Shown: positions 47,844 through 56,521 of the stretch, in pieces
How positions within the stretch are numbered: position 1 is the stretch's first letter
Layout: each line of letters opens with the position of its first letter
Assembly: GCA_000002435.2 (NCBI GenBank)
Contig: CM018790.1
DNA length: 64,000 nucleotides
Strand: one strand, 5' to 3'
Source of the DNA: Giardia intestinalis
Lineage: Eukaryota
The notes under the pieces: generated by a model
The model's database searches: none
Told to the model about the DNA's origin: nothing
Seen by the model: the letters and a program-made list of their open reading frames with translations, nothing else
Made by a program: the position numbers and the translations under genes

Positions 47844-48551
47844 ATGCTTAAGCTCATGCAGCTTTCCCTACTGTGGGCGTTCCTCTCTGACCTGAATAAG
47901 GTCGATACTGGATCCGATAAGTGCGACTTCACTACCAGTCAGGTCCCACCAGGGTCCTGTGCAGGCCCTCTAGAGCGTGCACTCAAAATGCGCCTGGCAG
48001 CGGCCTTGCCACTAACTAATACCGGGTGTGCGATCAATCAAATCCCGTTCCGTCCCGACTCTAGTACCACAATCACAAAGTGTGGCCAATGTGATCCCCA
48101 GCAAACCCTTCCATCGGGATATAACCCCAACTGCCCCATCTCACATATTTGTAACGATGCTGGACTGTGTACCAGGGCTAACGCATATGAGCTTTTTGGA
48201 CAGCCTTGCCCGGGGGGAGGCGCATCTCTGTGGTGTGGATCTCTAATATGTATTAATCGTCGCTGCGCACAGTGCGTTGATGGGACGGTTATAGGTGGGT
48301 ACACATGCATAGGTGGGCAGTATTATGGAGACTACCTTGCAAAGATGCGGGCCGATGCATCGACGATCACTGCCTTCTGTGCCATAGCTGTGACATGCGC
48401 AGTCATACTACTTTGCTCCGTTGTTGGGTGTGTGCAGTGCACAATCCTCAAAAGAAAAATTAAACAACACATCTATCAAAAGATACCCACCACAAACGTG
48501 ACTTCCGCTACACTACTTTCCACAACGCCACTTACAAATGCACAAAGTTAA
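47844..48551 (+). CDS. small Cys-rich type I membrane protein (signal peptide, ~150-aa ectodomain with ~20 Cys, one TM, short basic tail)
   Basis: 'MLKLMQLSLLWAFLSD' (signal-like), many Cys in the ectodomain, TM 'ITAFCAIAVTCAVILLCSVVGCV' and tail 'LKRKIKQHIYQK'. It is not CXXC-type like VSP/HCMP. Confidence 0.45.
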   Translation: MLKLMQLSLLWAFLSDLNKVDTGSDKCDFTTSQVPPGSCAGPLERALKMRLAAALPLTNTGCAINQIPFRPDSSTTITKCGQCDPQQTLPSGYNPNCPISHICNDAGLCTRANAYELFGQPCPGGGASLWCGSLICINRRCAQCVDGTVIGGYTCIGGQYYGDYLAKMRADASTITAFCAIAVTCAVILLCSVVGCVQCTILKRKIKQHIYQKIPTTNVTSATLLSTTPLTNAQS

Positions 48552-48647
48552 GAAAGGATAGGCAAAGAGTTGTAAATTATAAATTGAAATTTCACTAAAT
48601 AAATCACTAGCTAGTCCTGCATTAATAAAATCCTGCAATAATAAAAA

Positions 48648-51392
48648 ATGGCCCAGCATGGCTCCGCCGAAGGAGCCGGAAACCTCAGTACGCTTATATT
48701 GGACGATGATCCATTCGATGCTAAGCACTATGTGCATAATATAATGGGTATTTTCGCCGATAGGCTGTACATTCTAAACAGCGAGCCTATAGACATCAGG
48801 TGTGAATTTTGCTGTAGCTTCAGCACAAATATGTGTGCGGCAGCATGTGGGCATAATTACTGCATGTCATGCATCTACGAAGACTTAGCTAGCCTAGGTA
48901 TTGCAAAGTGCCCTGTCTGTTTTGTAGATAATTTAATTAACCGGGAAAGAAATAAATCTGCAGCCATTAGGTCCAACTCTACTGGCAAACCATCTCTCAA
49001 GCAAGAACTGGAGTCATCCAAGCAGATTCTCCAGCACTACACCACATACTTTTCTCAAGAGTTCGATCCATCGATGCAGAGTATCTACATGGAAGGTATG
49101 GGAAATGTTTCTCTTAAGGGCTATAGTATGCGGTGCACGGCCGAGATTTTTCCAATCCACGGCTATACTGTCTCCGTGTCTCAATCAAAAGACATTCAGA
49201 ACTCTCTGTACGAGCCAGTAGAGATACTGTGCCGCTTCCATAAGGATATAAGCCCTTTACTGAGTGAGTGCCGAAGCAAGTTTCACTTTACCGAGGACGG
49301 GCTCCAGCGCTACCACGATCATATGTTGCATTGCTATAAGACCAACATTCTATACAAGCAGCATCAACAGTTAGAAGCAAACCATTTGAAGCACATTAAG
49401 CAGCGATTGACCCAGAGATTTAATGAAAAGATAACTGAATACACCCCTGCAAAGCCTGCTGAGCTTGATTCTCCAGAGCCGGTACCAGATCCACATCCAC
49501 ATCCAGAACCAGAGCCAGATTTAGATCCAGATGGTGACACTCCAAACAAGAATACTAACAATTTAGGACATATAATTAGCAACAACACTATGCTGATGGG
49601 GAACGCTATTCCAGCAAGTCCGATTAGTTCGGAATTTCTCCCCTACTCTATGTCGTTTTACAGTGCCGAATGTAAGAGACTTTTCAAGGCTGATACCGAT
49701 AGTGCATATAGCGAAAAGTATTCCTTCCAAAAGGAGATATTCCGTGTTCCACCAAACAGAAATCCGGTTGTGGGCCATATTATTCTTAAGCGATTGGTTT
49801 ATGACGTTCTTGAGCACGAGCAGTTTCTACTTCAACGAGATTTTTGGAACTGTCAAGTGATATTTTTTATTAATCCGTACGAGACTATTAATTATTTTCT
49901 TTTTTCAAATATTACATTGGGATTGCAGGTTGAAGCGCCCGATGGGAGGTCTTCCACATACGAGTTTGTTGTCGACAGAGAAAACTTTCAAGAACATCCC
50001 ATTCTACGGTTTTATTTGCGGGTTCTCACGTTCTACGAGGGAAGATACTCCTTTACCCTCAAGTGGAGCTGTTCACTGCCGAATGCCCAGACGGGAGGAT
50101 ATACCATCTTCCAGAGCGGTGAGCAAATCTCCACATTTGTAGCTAAGCCCATTCTTGGGCCCAACCTTTCACCCATCTGTCTCAAATCCTATATAGATTC
50201 TGCACCGCCAATCCATCCAAAACTACTTGGTCTTCTAACCTTAGGCCATGAAGTCCTTACAAGGGGACATGAATGCATCAGCCAGATCGCCCCAGATGAC
50301 ACATCGTCTCCAGTTGTGCCCTCAGACTTGTCTAAGAGTTTACCGACTCTCGGGCTAAAGGAGATTGAAGCCCTTTACCTGTATGCGGCGTATTCTCACA
50401 CGGTCAAGGATGGGTGCTTCTTCTGTGTTGGTTGCAAGGCCTACGCATATGTCAAAGAGTCCGCAACTCTGATGAACACTGCACCCTTTCTGCATGCTCT
50501 TATACTTATATTGGATCGTTATCCAGAGGTTGAGATTATACAGACACCAGCCATAGACCTTATCTTAGCGTTGGGCACGACGCTTCCCAACTTTTTTAGC
50601 TCTACATCTATCGTTGGCAACAGTCTGCTTGGAAGGCTGCGTAGGATCAAGCACATTTTCAAGAACTTAACTAAGCCATTAAAGGACACGATATATATGA
50701 TTTCTCAGAGAGCATATCACGTTCTTCCAACGCAGCTAAGTACTGTATTTGAGGACTTCAGCAAAGCAAACGAGTTGACCCGTCTCTACATCAATAGGGA
50801 AATTCTAAATAAGATCCCATGTTGTAGCTCCTTCTCTATGCTGGACATGGTGAGATTTTATCTAGCGGCGCTTCGATTATTGAGAGACAGTGATCCAGGC
50901 AAAATTGCCTTTGAGATCTCGGGGATTTCTCGGCTTGTTATTCATCTCAGCAGGGACTCCCCGTTGTTTAAGATCGATCCAAAGAGTGCTATAACAGAGA
51001 AGGACATGTATTCGTTTTATTTGAATGAGCGAGCACGGCTCACACCAACGCCCAATACCTGGCGTGAATATGTTATGCTACACATTGTAGGGTATCTTTG
51101 TGGTATCTGGGATGCATCGAAAGACACACTACAAACCTTTTACAAAGCACTGTTCGAGATAATTATTAATAACCGCGCAAGCAACGGAGACTTCATCACA
51201 GCACCATCGTTTACTAAGCTGCATGAGAAGCTACTGGCTCTACTTCCAGGTAAGATCCTTGACATAGACAACCCATATAATGATAAAAACATCGCCATTA
51301 TAAAGGCAAACGTAGAATTTCTGACCAAAGAAGAGTCTGCCTCGCGCACACCGCGCACTACATCAACCGAAACCAGCCATGCCACGGTGTGA
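48648..51392 (+). CDS. large protein with canonical N-terminal C3HC4 RING finger (probable E3 ligase) and His/Pro/Glu/Asp dipeptide-repeat linker
   Basis: 'CEFCCSFSTNMCAAACGHNYCMSCIYEDLASLGIAKCPVC' fits C-x2-C-x11-C-x-H-x2-C-x2-C-x12-C-x2-C. 'PEPVPDPHPHPEPEPDLDPD' is a low-complexity linker. The remaining ~800 aa have no recognised domain. Confidence 0.55.
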   Translation: MAQHGSAEGAGNLSTLILDDDPFDAKHYVHNIMGIFADRLYILNSEPIDIRCEFCCSFSTNMCAAACGHNYCMSCIYEDLASLGIAKCPVCFVDNLINRERNKSAAIRSNSTGKPSLKQELESSKQILQHYTTYFSQEFDPSMQSIYMEGMGNVSLKGYSMRCTAEIFPIHGYTVSVSQSKDIQNSLYEPVEILCRFHKDISPLLSECRSKFHFTEDGLQRYHDHMLHCYKTNILYKQHQQLEANHLKHIKQRLTQRFNEKITEYTPAKPAELDSPEPVPDPHPHPEPEPDLDPDGDTPNKNTNNLGHIISNNTMLMGNAIPASPISSEFLPYSMSFYSAECKRLFKADTDSAYSEKYSFQKEIFRVPPNRNPVVGHIILKRLVYDVLEHEQFLLQRDFWNCQVIFFINPYETINYFLFSNITLGLQVEAPDGRSSTYEFVVDRENFQEHPILRFYLRVLTFYEGRYSFTLKWSCSLPNAQTGGYTIFQSGEQISTFVAKPILGPNLSPICLKSYIDSAPPIHPKLLGLLTLGHEVLTRGHECISQIAPDDTSSPVVPSDLSKSLPTLGLKEIEALYLYAAYSHTVKDGCFFCVGCKAYAYVKESATLMNTAPFLHALILILDRYPEVEIIQTPAIDLILALGTTLPNFFSSTSIVGNSLLGRLRRIKHIFKNLTKPLKDTIYMISQRAYHVLPTQLSTVFEDFSKANELTRLYINREILNKIPCCSSFSMLDMVRFYLAALRLLRDSDPGKIAFEISGISRLVIHLSRDSPLFKIDPKSAITEKDMYSFYLNERARLTPTPNTWREYVMLHIVGYLCGIWDASKDTLQTFYKALFEIIINNRASNGDFITAPSFTKLHEKLLALLPGKILDIDNPYNDKNIAIIKANVEFLTKEESASRTPRTTSTETSHATV

Positions 51393-53294
51393 CTTTTGGG
51401 TTCTGAAGTGCCATGCTTGATTATCTTCGTCCCAGCTAGCAATGCTCTCGATCGACCTCTGATATTCCTCTGGAACAAACATTGAAACAATGAACTGACG
51501 AAGCTCACAGAGCTTGATCTGGTCTGCATAGTCGTTCCGTATTATCTCTCGCTCCTTTGCCTGGTCTGCCTCTACATTATGAAGTTCTTCTCTGCGCTCA
51601 GCCAGCTGCTCTTTGTATTCATTCAAGCGTAGCTCCAGCTGCTGAGCCTGATCCAATGCAGTCGTGCATTGCTCCTCAAGCTGTTTCCTTTGTTGCTCTG
51701 CCTCTATCAACTCTTTCTTGAGCCTCTCTGCTTCTTTCTTTTGGGCGACAAGCGCGTTGCGGGCCTCGCGGATCGCCGCATCTTTAAGCCTTTCCTCGTT
51801 TTCGAGAACCTTCTTGTCAACCATCTTAGATTTGTTAGCCTCTATGAGTGCTGCTATCTTCTTAGCCATAAGCTGCCGTTCTTTGGCTTTGCGCTCGCTT
51901 TCCTTAATTTGCTCTTCCAACTTCTTCTGCTCCTCCTCAAGGGTTGCAAGCTCCTCGGCAGAAACAGCTTCTTCGTTCTCCTTTCTCTGCTCAACGTACT
52001 TGACCCTTTTCTTTTTTGTCTTGTCAAGATTCTTCCGCAATGACTGCACATTGGCCATTTCATCCGCTGTATAGCCCGTAAACCCTGCACCCATGTTTCC
52101 CTCGCCGTCATATGCTTCTTTATCTTCTACCTCGCTTCCGCTTCCTGCATTTGCTTGTTGCATAATTTCTGCAAGCTGGGCCTCGAGCTTGGTTACATAG
52201 TTGCGCATTTCCCTAATCTGCGCATCCTTCGGGTCTTCATTGATTCGTGGCTTATTCTTGATTTGCTTGGCACGATCAGCATACCGGAGGGTTGACATGG
52301 TCTCATCGTAGTTAGTTGAAGCAGGGCTAACGGCCACGACCATTAGAGTCTTGCTATTCCCACCCAAGGAGTCCTGGAGCAGCCTAGTGAGCTTGGAGTC
52401 GCGATATGGAATGTGCTTAGATCCTTCCACTAACTTTGAAATGACACATCCAAGGGTTGTCAAGCTCAGATTGATTTTGGCAGCTTCTTTTAGACGGTCG
52501 CCGGTCGCTCCCGTCTTCTCTTGCCGTTCAGACCCAGCAAGGTCGACAAGGTTAAGCTTGCCAACGCGAATACATTCTCTCCCATCAATTACTGTCATGC
52601 GTTCAAGCACCACCTGAAAGATGCTGTGCGATCTGGAGCTAGTGGCATTCATAAGGGTTGCTGCTACAGCCCTGCTTTCATTTCCCTTTTGTATAAGTTT
52701 GTCAATATGACGCTCATCTGAAACGGGGTGTTCGGAGAGATCTTTGATAAACACCCCCTTAACAGGATCCTCTTTAAGCTGAAGATGCGTAGCACCAGTA
52801 AGTAGATCTTTAAGGTCCTCATTATAAATTTCAACAAAACTAGCTCGCACCAGAAACTGATCATCCTTGGCTTGTGCTATGAAATCGAAGATGCGCTGAA
52901 AGGCAAGGGGGATCATGCCTGGATTGTCTTTCTGACCCATCATTGTGTGTGTCTTGCCCGACCCTGTCTGTCCATAGGCAAACACAGTAGCATTATACCC
53001 TTCAAGACATCCGTCTATCATCTCACGAACAGATTCATCAAAGACCTCAACCTGTGTGGAGTTGCTTGGATAGACGGCGTCGTAGGTAAATACCTTTTTA
53101 GATGGTAGGCATTCGCTGGTCGCAGAACCCGCGCCCTTTTCCACAGGCTTGTGCAGGGTCACCGTGCAGAGGGTCTTGTCCATTTCGATGATTTCCGTCG
53201 CACCCTCCTGTTCTTCCCTCTTATTAAAAGGGCGCACACGGACCATAACCATGACGTTGTCGGAGGAGCCTTTGCCCTTACTCTTGCTCATCAA
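51363..53294 (-). CDS. kinesin-2 family motor (KIF3-like) with C-terminal coiled-coil stalk
   Basis: 'SSDNVMVMVRVRPFNKREE' (compare KIF3A 'SCDNVKVVVRCRPLNEREK'), P-loop 'FAYGQTGSGKTHTM', switch I 'NATSSRSHSIF', switch II 'LVDLAGSERQ'. The tail is charged coiled-coil (..EELATLEEEQKKLEEQIKESERKAKERQL..). Confidence 0.85.
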   Translation of the reverse strand: MMSKSKGKGSSDNVMVMVRVRPFNKREEQEGATEIIEMDKTLCTVTLHKPVEKGAGSATSECLPSKKVFTYDAVYPSNSTQVEVFDESVREMIDGCLEGYNATVFAYGQTGSGKTHTMMGQKDNPGMIPLAFQRIFDFIAQAKDDQFLVRASFVEIYNEDLKDLLTGATHLQLKEDPVKGVFIKDLSEHPVSDERHIDKLIQKGNESRAVAATLMNATSSRSHSIFQVVLERMTVIDGRECIRVGKLNLVDLAGSERQEKTGATGDRLKEAAKINLSLTTLGCVISKLVEGSKHIPYRDSKLTRLLQDSLGGNSKTLMVVAVSPASTNYDETMSTLRYADRAKQIKNKPRINEDPKDAQIREMRNYVTKLEAQLAEIMQQANAGSGSEVEDKEAYDGEGNMGAGFTGYTADEMANVQSLRKNLDKTKKKRVKYVEQRKENEEAVSAEELATLEEEQKKLEEQIKESERKAKERQLMAKKIAALIEANKSKMVDKKVLENEERLKDAAIREARNALVAQKKEAERLKKELIEAEQQRKQLEEQCTTALDQAQQLELRLNEYKEQLAERREELHNVEADQAKEREIIRNDYADQIKLCELRQFIVSMFVPEEYQRSIESIASWDEDNQAWHFRTQKSHRGMAGFG

Positions 53295-53325
53295 TTTTTA
53301 GATTGAAATATGGTAAATACAACCT

Positions 53326-55488
53326 TTACTGGGACTCCTTGTCATCTAATACACCACTACGCCGCACAAGCAAGAAGATGGCGAGATAGCTAGTGAATAT
53401 TGGCACGGTAAGCAGAGCGAGCCCGTAGATGAGCGCCATGTCGGTGTTACTATTATAGATATCGCGAAGGGTGTTCATCAGTATCAATCGCGCAGAGGGT
53501 GGCAAGCAGTGTGGTAGATGCATCCCTCTGTAACGACAGACCGTGCATTCTTCGGGATCAGTGTCGCTGCAGCTGAGGCACCAGTTGGAGCAAACGTCAT
53601 TGCAATTATGTGATGTGCTAGTCATCCCTTCCTTACAGGAGGTACACCTGTTCCCAGTGCACGTTGCACAAAAACTGGCCAACTCAGGGTTACACTCTCC
53701 CGGTGGATAACAGTACGGAGGCTCTGTCCCCTCGGTGCTGCAGGCTCCACAATATGCAGCGTCATTGATCATACAGGTACTACAGTACTTGTGACATACC
53801 TCTTTGCAGTGATCTCCAGTATAACCGTCTTTACATTCAGTGCATCTCTCATCTATACATGACTTGCAGTTCTTGTATTTCTCCGCGTCCAAGCATTGAC
53901 CTGGAGGGAGGCATCGAGGAGGTGTGGCAGCATCAGACGTGCAAGTAACACAGCTAGAAGCGTCTAGCGGATGGCACGTAGCGCAGAACTTGGAGCAATG
54001 TTCTGTACATTCTTTGGCTGGATTTGTAAAACCGTCCTTGCACGATAAACAGACGATTCCGTTACAAGACCCACAAAACTGAAGGCTAGCATCAGACTGA
54101 TCACACTCTCCATAAGGAAGACACTTAGGAGCATACCGGCTACTATCTGCGCAGGTGAGGCAGACAGTAGAATCATGTGGGCTACAATCCTTACAAAGAG
54201 ATGAGCACCTGATTGAACACCTCTTCTCAGGTCCTGAGAATCCTTCCCTACATTTTGTGCACGTGCTTCCGTCACACTCACTACAGTGTTGGAGCTCTTT
54301 GTCATTTTGGTCGCAAACACCACGAGGAAGACAGAGAGGAGGATAGCGTGTCTCATCCTTGCAGATTGTACATGCGGCAAAGTCTACATCGGCGCAAGCG
54401 GCACAGGAATCGACACACTTTTTGCTGCAATTGGACATAGAATCAGACCAGCCTGGTACACACGTGAGACAAGCTGATCCGTCGCAGGTCGCACAATTGG
54501 ACACGCTAGGATCAATGGTACTACACTGACCATAGGGAAGACACTCAGGAAGATGAGCAGACGCACTAGCACACTCAGTGCAGACAGATGGCTCTGTCTG
54601 ATCACACGTTAAGCAGTGCTCACTGCAGCGCACCTTACACTGCGACGAAGGCATCGCATAACCAGCCTTGCAGCGAAGGCACTGAGTGCGACTGCACTCC
54701 ATGCAGTTGGCGAGGTCCTCTAATTCAGGATCGCAAACACCTTCAGGATAGCAATGAGGAGGATCTCCTGCTGTAGCACTGGCACAGACGGTACAGTGAC
54801 GAGAATCACCAGGACTGCACTCCGCGCATCGAGCATCGCACTGTGTCGTGCACCCCGTTTCCGGTCCTGAATATCCCGCCAGGCACGCCAAACACGTTTC
54901 ATTACTTTGGCACTTGGCGCAATGGGACAGTGAAGGAGGGCATATTGTTGTGTCTATACAGTCAGGCGGCTCGCCAATGGCTGAATCTAGACACTCTATA
55001 CAGTGTGTTGGATCATAAGCATCACAGACTTTGCATCTTTCATGGCATTCAACAAAGCATCCCATTGCCGGTGAACTGTACCCAGGAAGACACGCAAGGC
55101 AGACACCATCATAACATACACTACAATGCTTGAGACCCTTTGGACACAAGGACGGGTCGGTCTCAACCGGAACAACAAGTGTCTGCACCTCAGGTACACA
55201 TGGCTTACATTTCTCACACTCCGGGCATTTAGCGCACTTTGGACACTCCGGACACTTTGGACATGGAGAAGGTTCAACATGAACCACGCGAGGCCGGGAC
55301 GCCCAGGTAAGTAGTACCTTTTCAAAAGTAGAGGGAAGCTGACAGTATCTAAGAGTTATAAGGCTTAGGTAGACGATCACGACTAGTAGGGCCGCTATGA
55401 ACCCGCATGAAATTCGTTGCAGGTTTGAGGACCTGCTAACCCTTGCTGTGGTGTCTACAGGAGTCACTGCGGGGGCGCTTTCCTCCAT
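53326..55488 (-). CDS. high-cysteine membrane protein (HCMP; VSP-related CXXC/CXC-rich type I membrane protein)
   Basis: 720 aa with about 120 Cys and many CXXC and CXC spacings. It has an N-terminal hydrophobic anchor/signal, a C-terminal TM 'LIYGLALLTVPIFTSYLAIFLLV' and a short tail 'RRSGVLDDKESQ'. The ectodomain is about nine reiterations of a ~58-aa module (C..C.DG..C..C..G(Y/W)sgP...C...C...C..C......C..C.......P.C.P.G.C). Confidence 0.7.
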   Translation of the reverse strand: MEESAPAVTPVDTTARVSRSSNLQRISCGFIAALLVVIVYLSLITLRYCQLPSTFEKVLLTWASRPRVVHVEPSPCPKCPECPKCAKCPECEKCKPCVPEVQTLVVPVETDPSLCPKGLKHCSVCYDGVCLACLPGYSSPAMGCFVECHERCKVCDAYDPTHCIECLDSAIGEPPDCIDTTICPPSLSHCAKCQSNETCLACLAGYSGPETGCTTQCDARCAECSPGDSRHCTVCASATAGDPPHCYPEGVCDPELEDLANCMECSRTQCLRCKAGYAMPSSQCKVRCSEHCLTCDQTEPSVCTECASASAHLPECLPYGQCSTIDPSVSNCATCDGSACLTCVPGWSDSMSNCSKKCVDSCAACADVDFAACTICKDETRYPPLCLPRGVCDQNDKELQHCSECDGSTCTKCREGFSGPEKRCSIRCSSLCKDCSPHDSTVCLTCADSSRYAPKCLPYGECDQSDASLQFCGSCNGIVCLSCKDGFTNPAKECTEHCSKFCATCHPLDASSCVTCTSDAATPPRCLPPGQCLDAEKYKNCKSCIDERCTECKDGYTGDHCKEVCHKYCSTCMINDAAYCGACSTEGTEPPYCYPPGECNPELASFCATCTGNRCTSCKEGMTSTSHNCNDVCSNWCLSCSDTDPEECTVCRYRGMHLPHCLPPSARLILMNTLRDIYNSNTDMALIYGLALLTVPIFTSYLAIFLLVRRSGVLDDKESQ
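53568..55176 (-). repeat. tandem array of ~58-aa (about 174-nt) Cys-rich modules within the HCMP gene
   Basis: Recurrent 'C(S/A/T)xC....C..C..G(Y/F/W)(S/A)..P....C...C...C..C......C..C......P.C(L/Y)P.G.C' seen at least 9 times by eye. The repeat is diverged at the nucleotide level. Confidence 0.5.
55198..55263 (-). repeat. short in-frame CPxC repeat (CPKCPECPKCAKCPECEKCKPC) at the N-terminal end of the HCMP ectodomain
   Basis: The plus strand shows reiterated 'TTTGGACACTCCGGACA'-like 9-12-nt units (..GCACTTTGGACACTCCGGACACTTTGGACATGGAGAAGG..). Confidence 0.55.
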
Positions 55489-55570
55489 AACACTTGTAGA
55501 GTAAAGAATGATCTAAAGTTTTTGATCGTTAAAAGCCTCAGACGCCCTTGAGGCGGAAAATAAATTCCAG

Positions 55571-56521
55571 ATGTCGGCAGGGAAAACGGTTGTGATTGCG
55601 CTGGGCGGCAACGCTATGCTTCAGGCCAAGGAGAAGGGGGACTATGACACTCAACGTAAGAATGTTGAGATTGCGGCCTCGGAGATTTATAAAATCCATA
55701 AGGCTGGCTATAAGGTTGTTCTCACAAGTGGTAACGGGCCGCAGGTGGGTGCCATAAAACTCCAAAACCAGGCTGCAGCAGGTGTTTCTCCAGAAATGCC
55801 CCTCCACGTCTGTGGTGCAATGTCCCAGGGATTCATCGGCTACATGATGTCTCAGGCGATGGACAACGTTTTTTGCGCGAATAACGAGCCAGCAAACTGT
55901 GTTACCTGTGTCACTCAGACATTAGTCGATCCGAAGGATCAGGCTTTCACAAATCCCACAAAGCCCGTTGGGAGGTTCTACACCGAGCAGGAGGCGAAGG
56001 ACCTCATGGCTGCAAACCCGGGAAAAATCCTCCGCGAGGATGCTGGCCGCGGCTGGCGTGTTGTCGTCCCATCTCCTCGTCCTCTTGAGATCGTGGAGTA
56101 TGGTGTCATCAAGACCCTCATTGACAACAACGTTCTTGTCATTTGTACGAATGGGGGAGGAATCCCTTGCAAGCGCGAGAACAAGGTCATCAGTGGCGTG
56201 GATGCTGTCATCGACAAGGACCTTGCAACCTCTCTTCTAGCTAAAACGCTGAACTCGGACTACCTTATGATACTTACGGACGTCCTCAACGCGTGCATCA
56301 ATTACAAGAAGCCCGATGAGAGAAAGCTCGAGGAGATCAAGCTTAGCGAGATTCTCGCCCTCGAAAAGGACGGCCACTTTGCTGCCGGATCTATGGGGCC
56401 GAAGGTCCGTGCAGCAATCGAGTTTACACAGGCAACTGGAAAAATGAGCATCATCACCTCCCTGAGCACTGCGGTGGATGCGCTCAATGGTAAATGTGGG
56501 ACCCGCATCATCAAGGATTAA
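55571..56521 (+). CDS. carbamate kinase (arginine dihydrolase pathway)
   Basis: 316 aa. 'MSAGKTVVIALGGNAM' is the carbamate kinase N-terminal glycine-rich loop. 'VLTSGNGPQVG', 'GAMSQG' and 'VICTNGGGIP' match amino-acid kinase family motifs throughout. The initiator is GGAAAATAAATTCCAG-ATG. Confidence 0.9.
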   Translation: MSAGKTVVIALGGNAMLQAKEKGDYDTQRKNVEIAASEIYKIHKAGYKVVLTSGNGPQVGAIKLQNQAAAGVSPEMPLHVCGAMSQGFIGYMMSQAMDNVFCANNEPANCVTCVTQTLVDPKDQAFTNPTKPVGRFYTEQEAKDLMAANPGKILREDAGRGWRVVVPSPRPLEIVEYGVIKTLIDNNVLVICTNGGGIPCKRENKVISGVDAVIDKDLATSLLAKTLNSDYLMILTDVLNACINYKKPDERKLEEIKLSEILALEKDGHFAAGSMGPKVRAAIEFTQATGKMSIITSLSTAVDALNGKCGTRIIKD

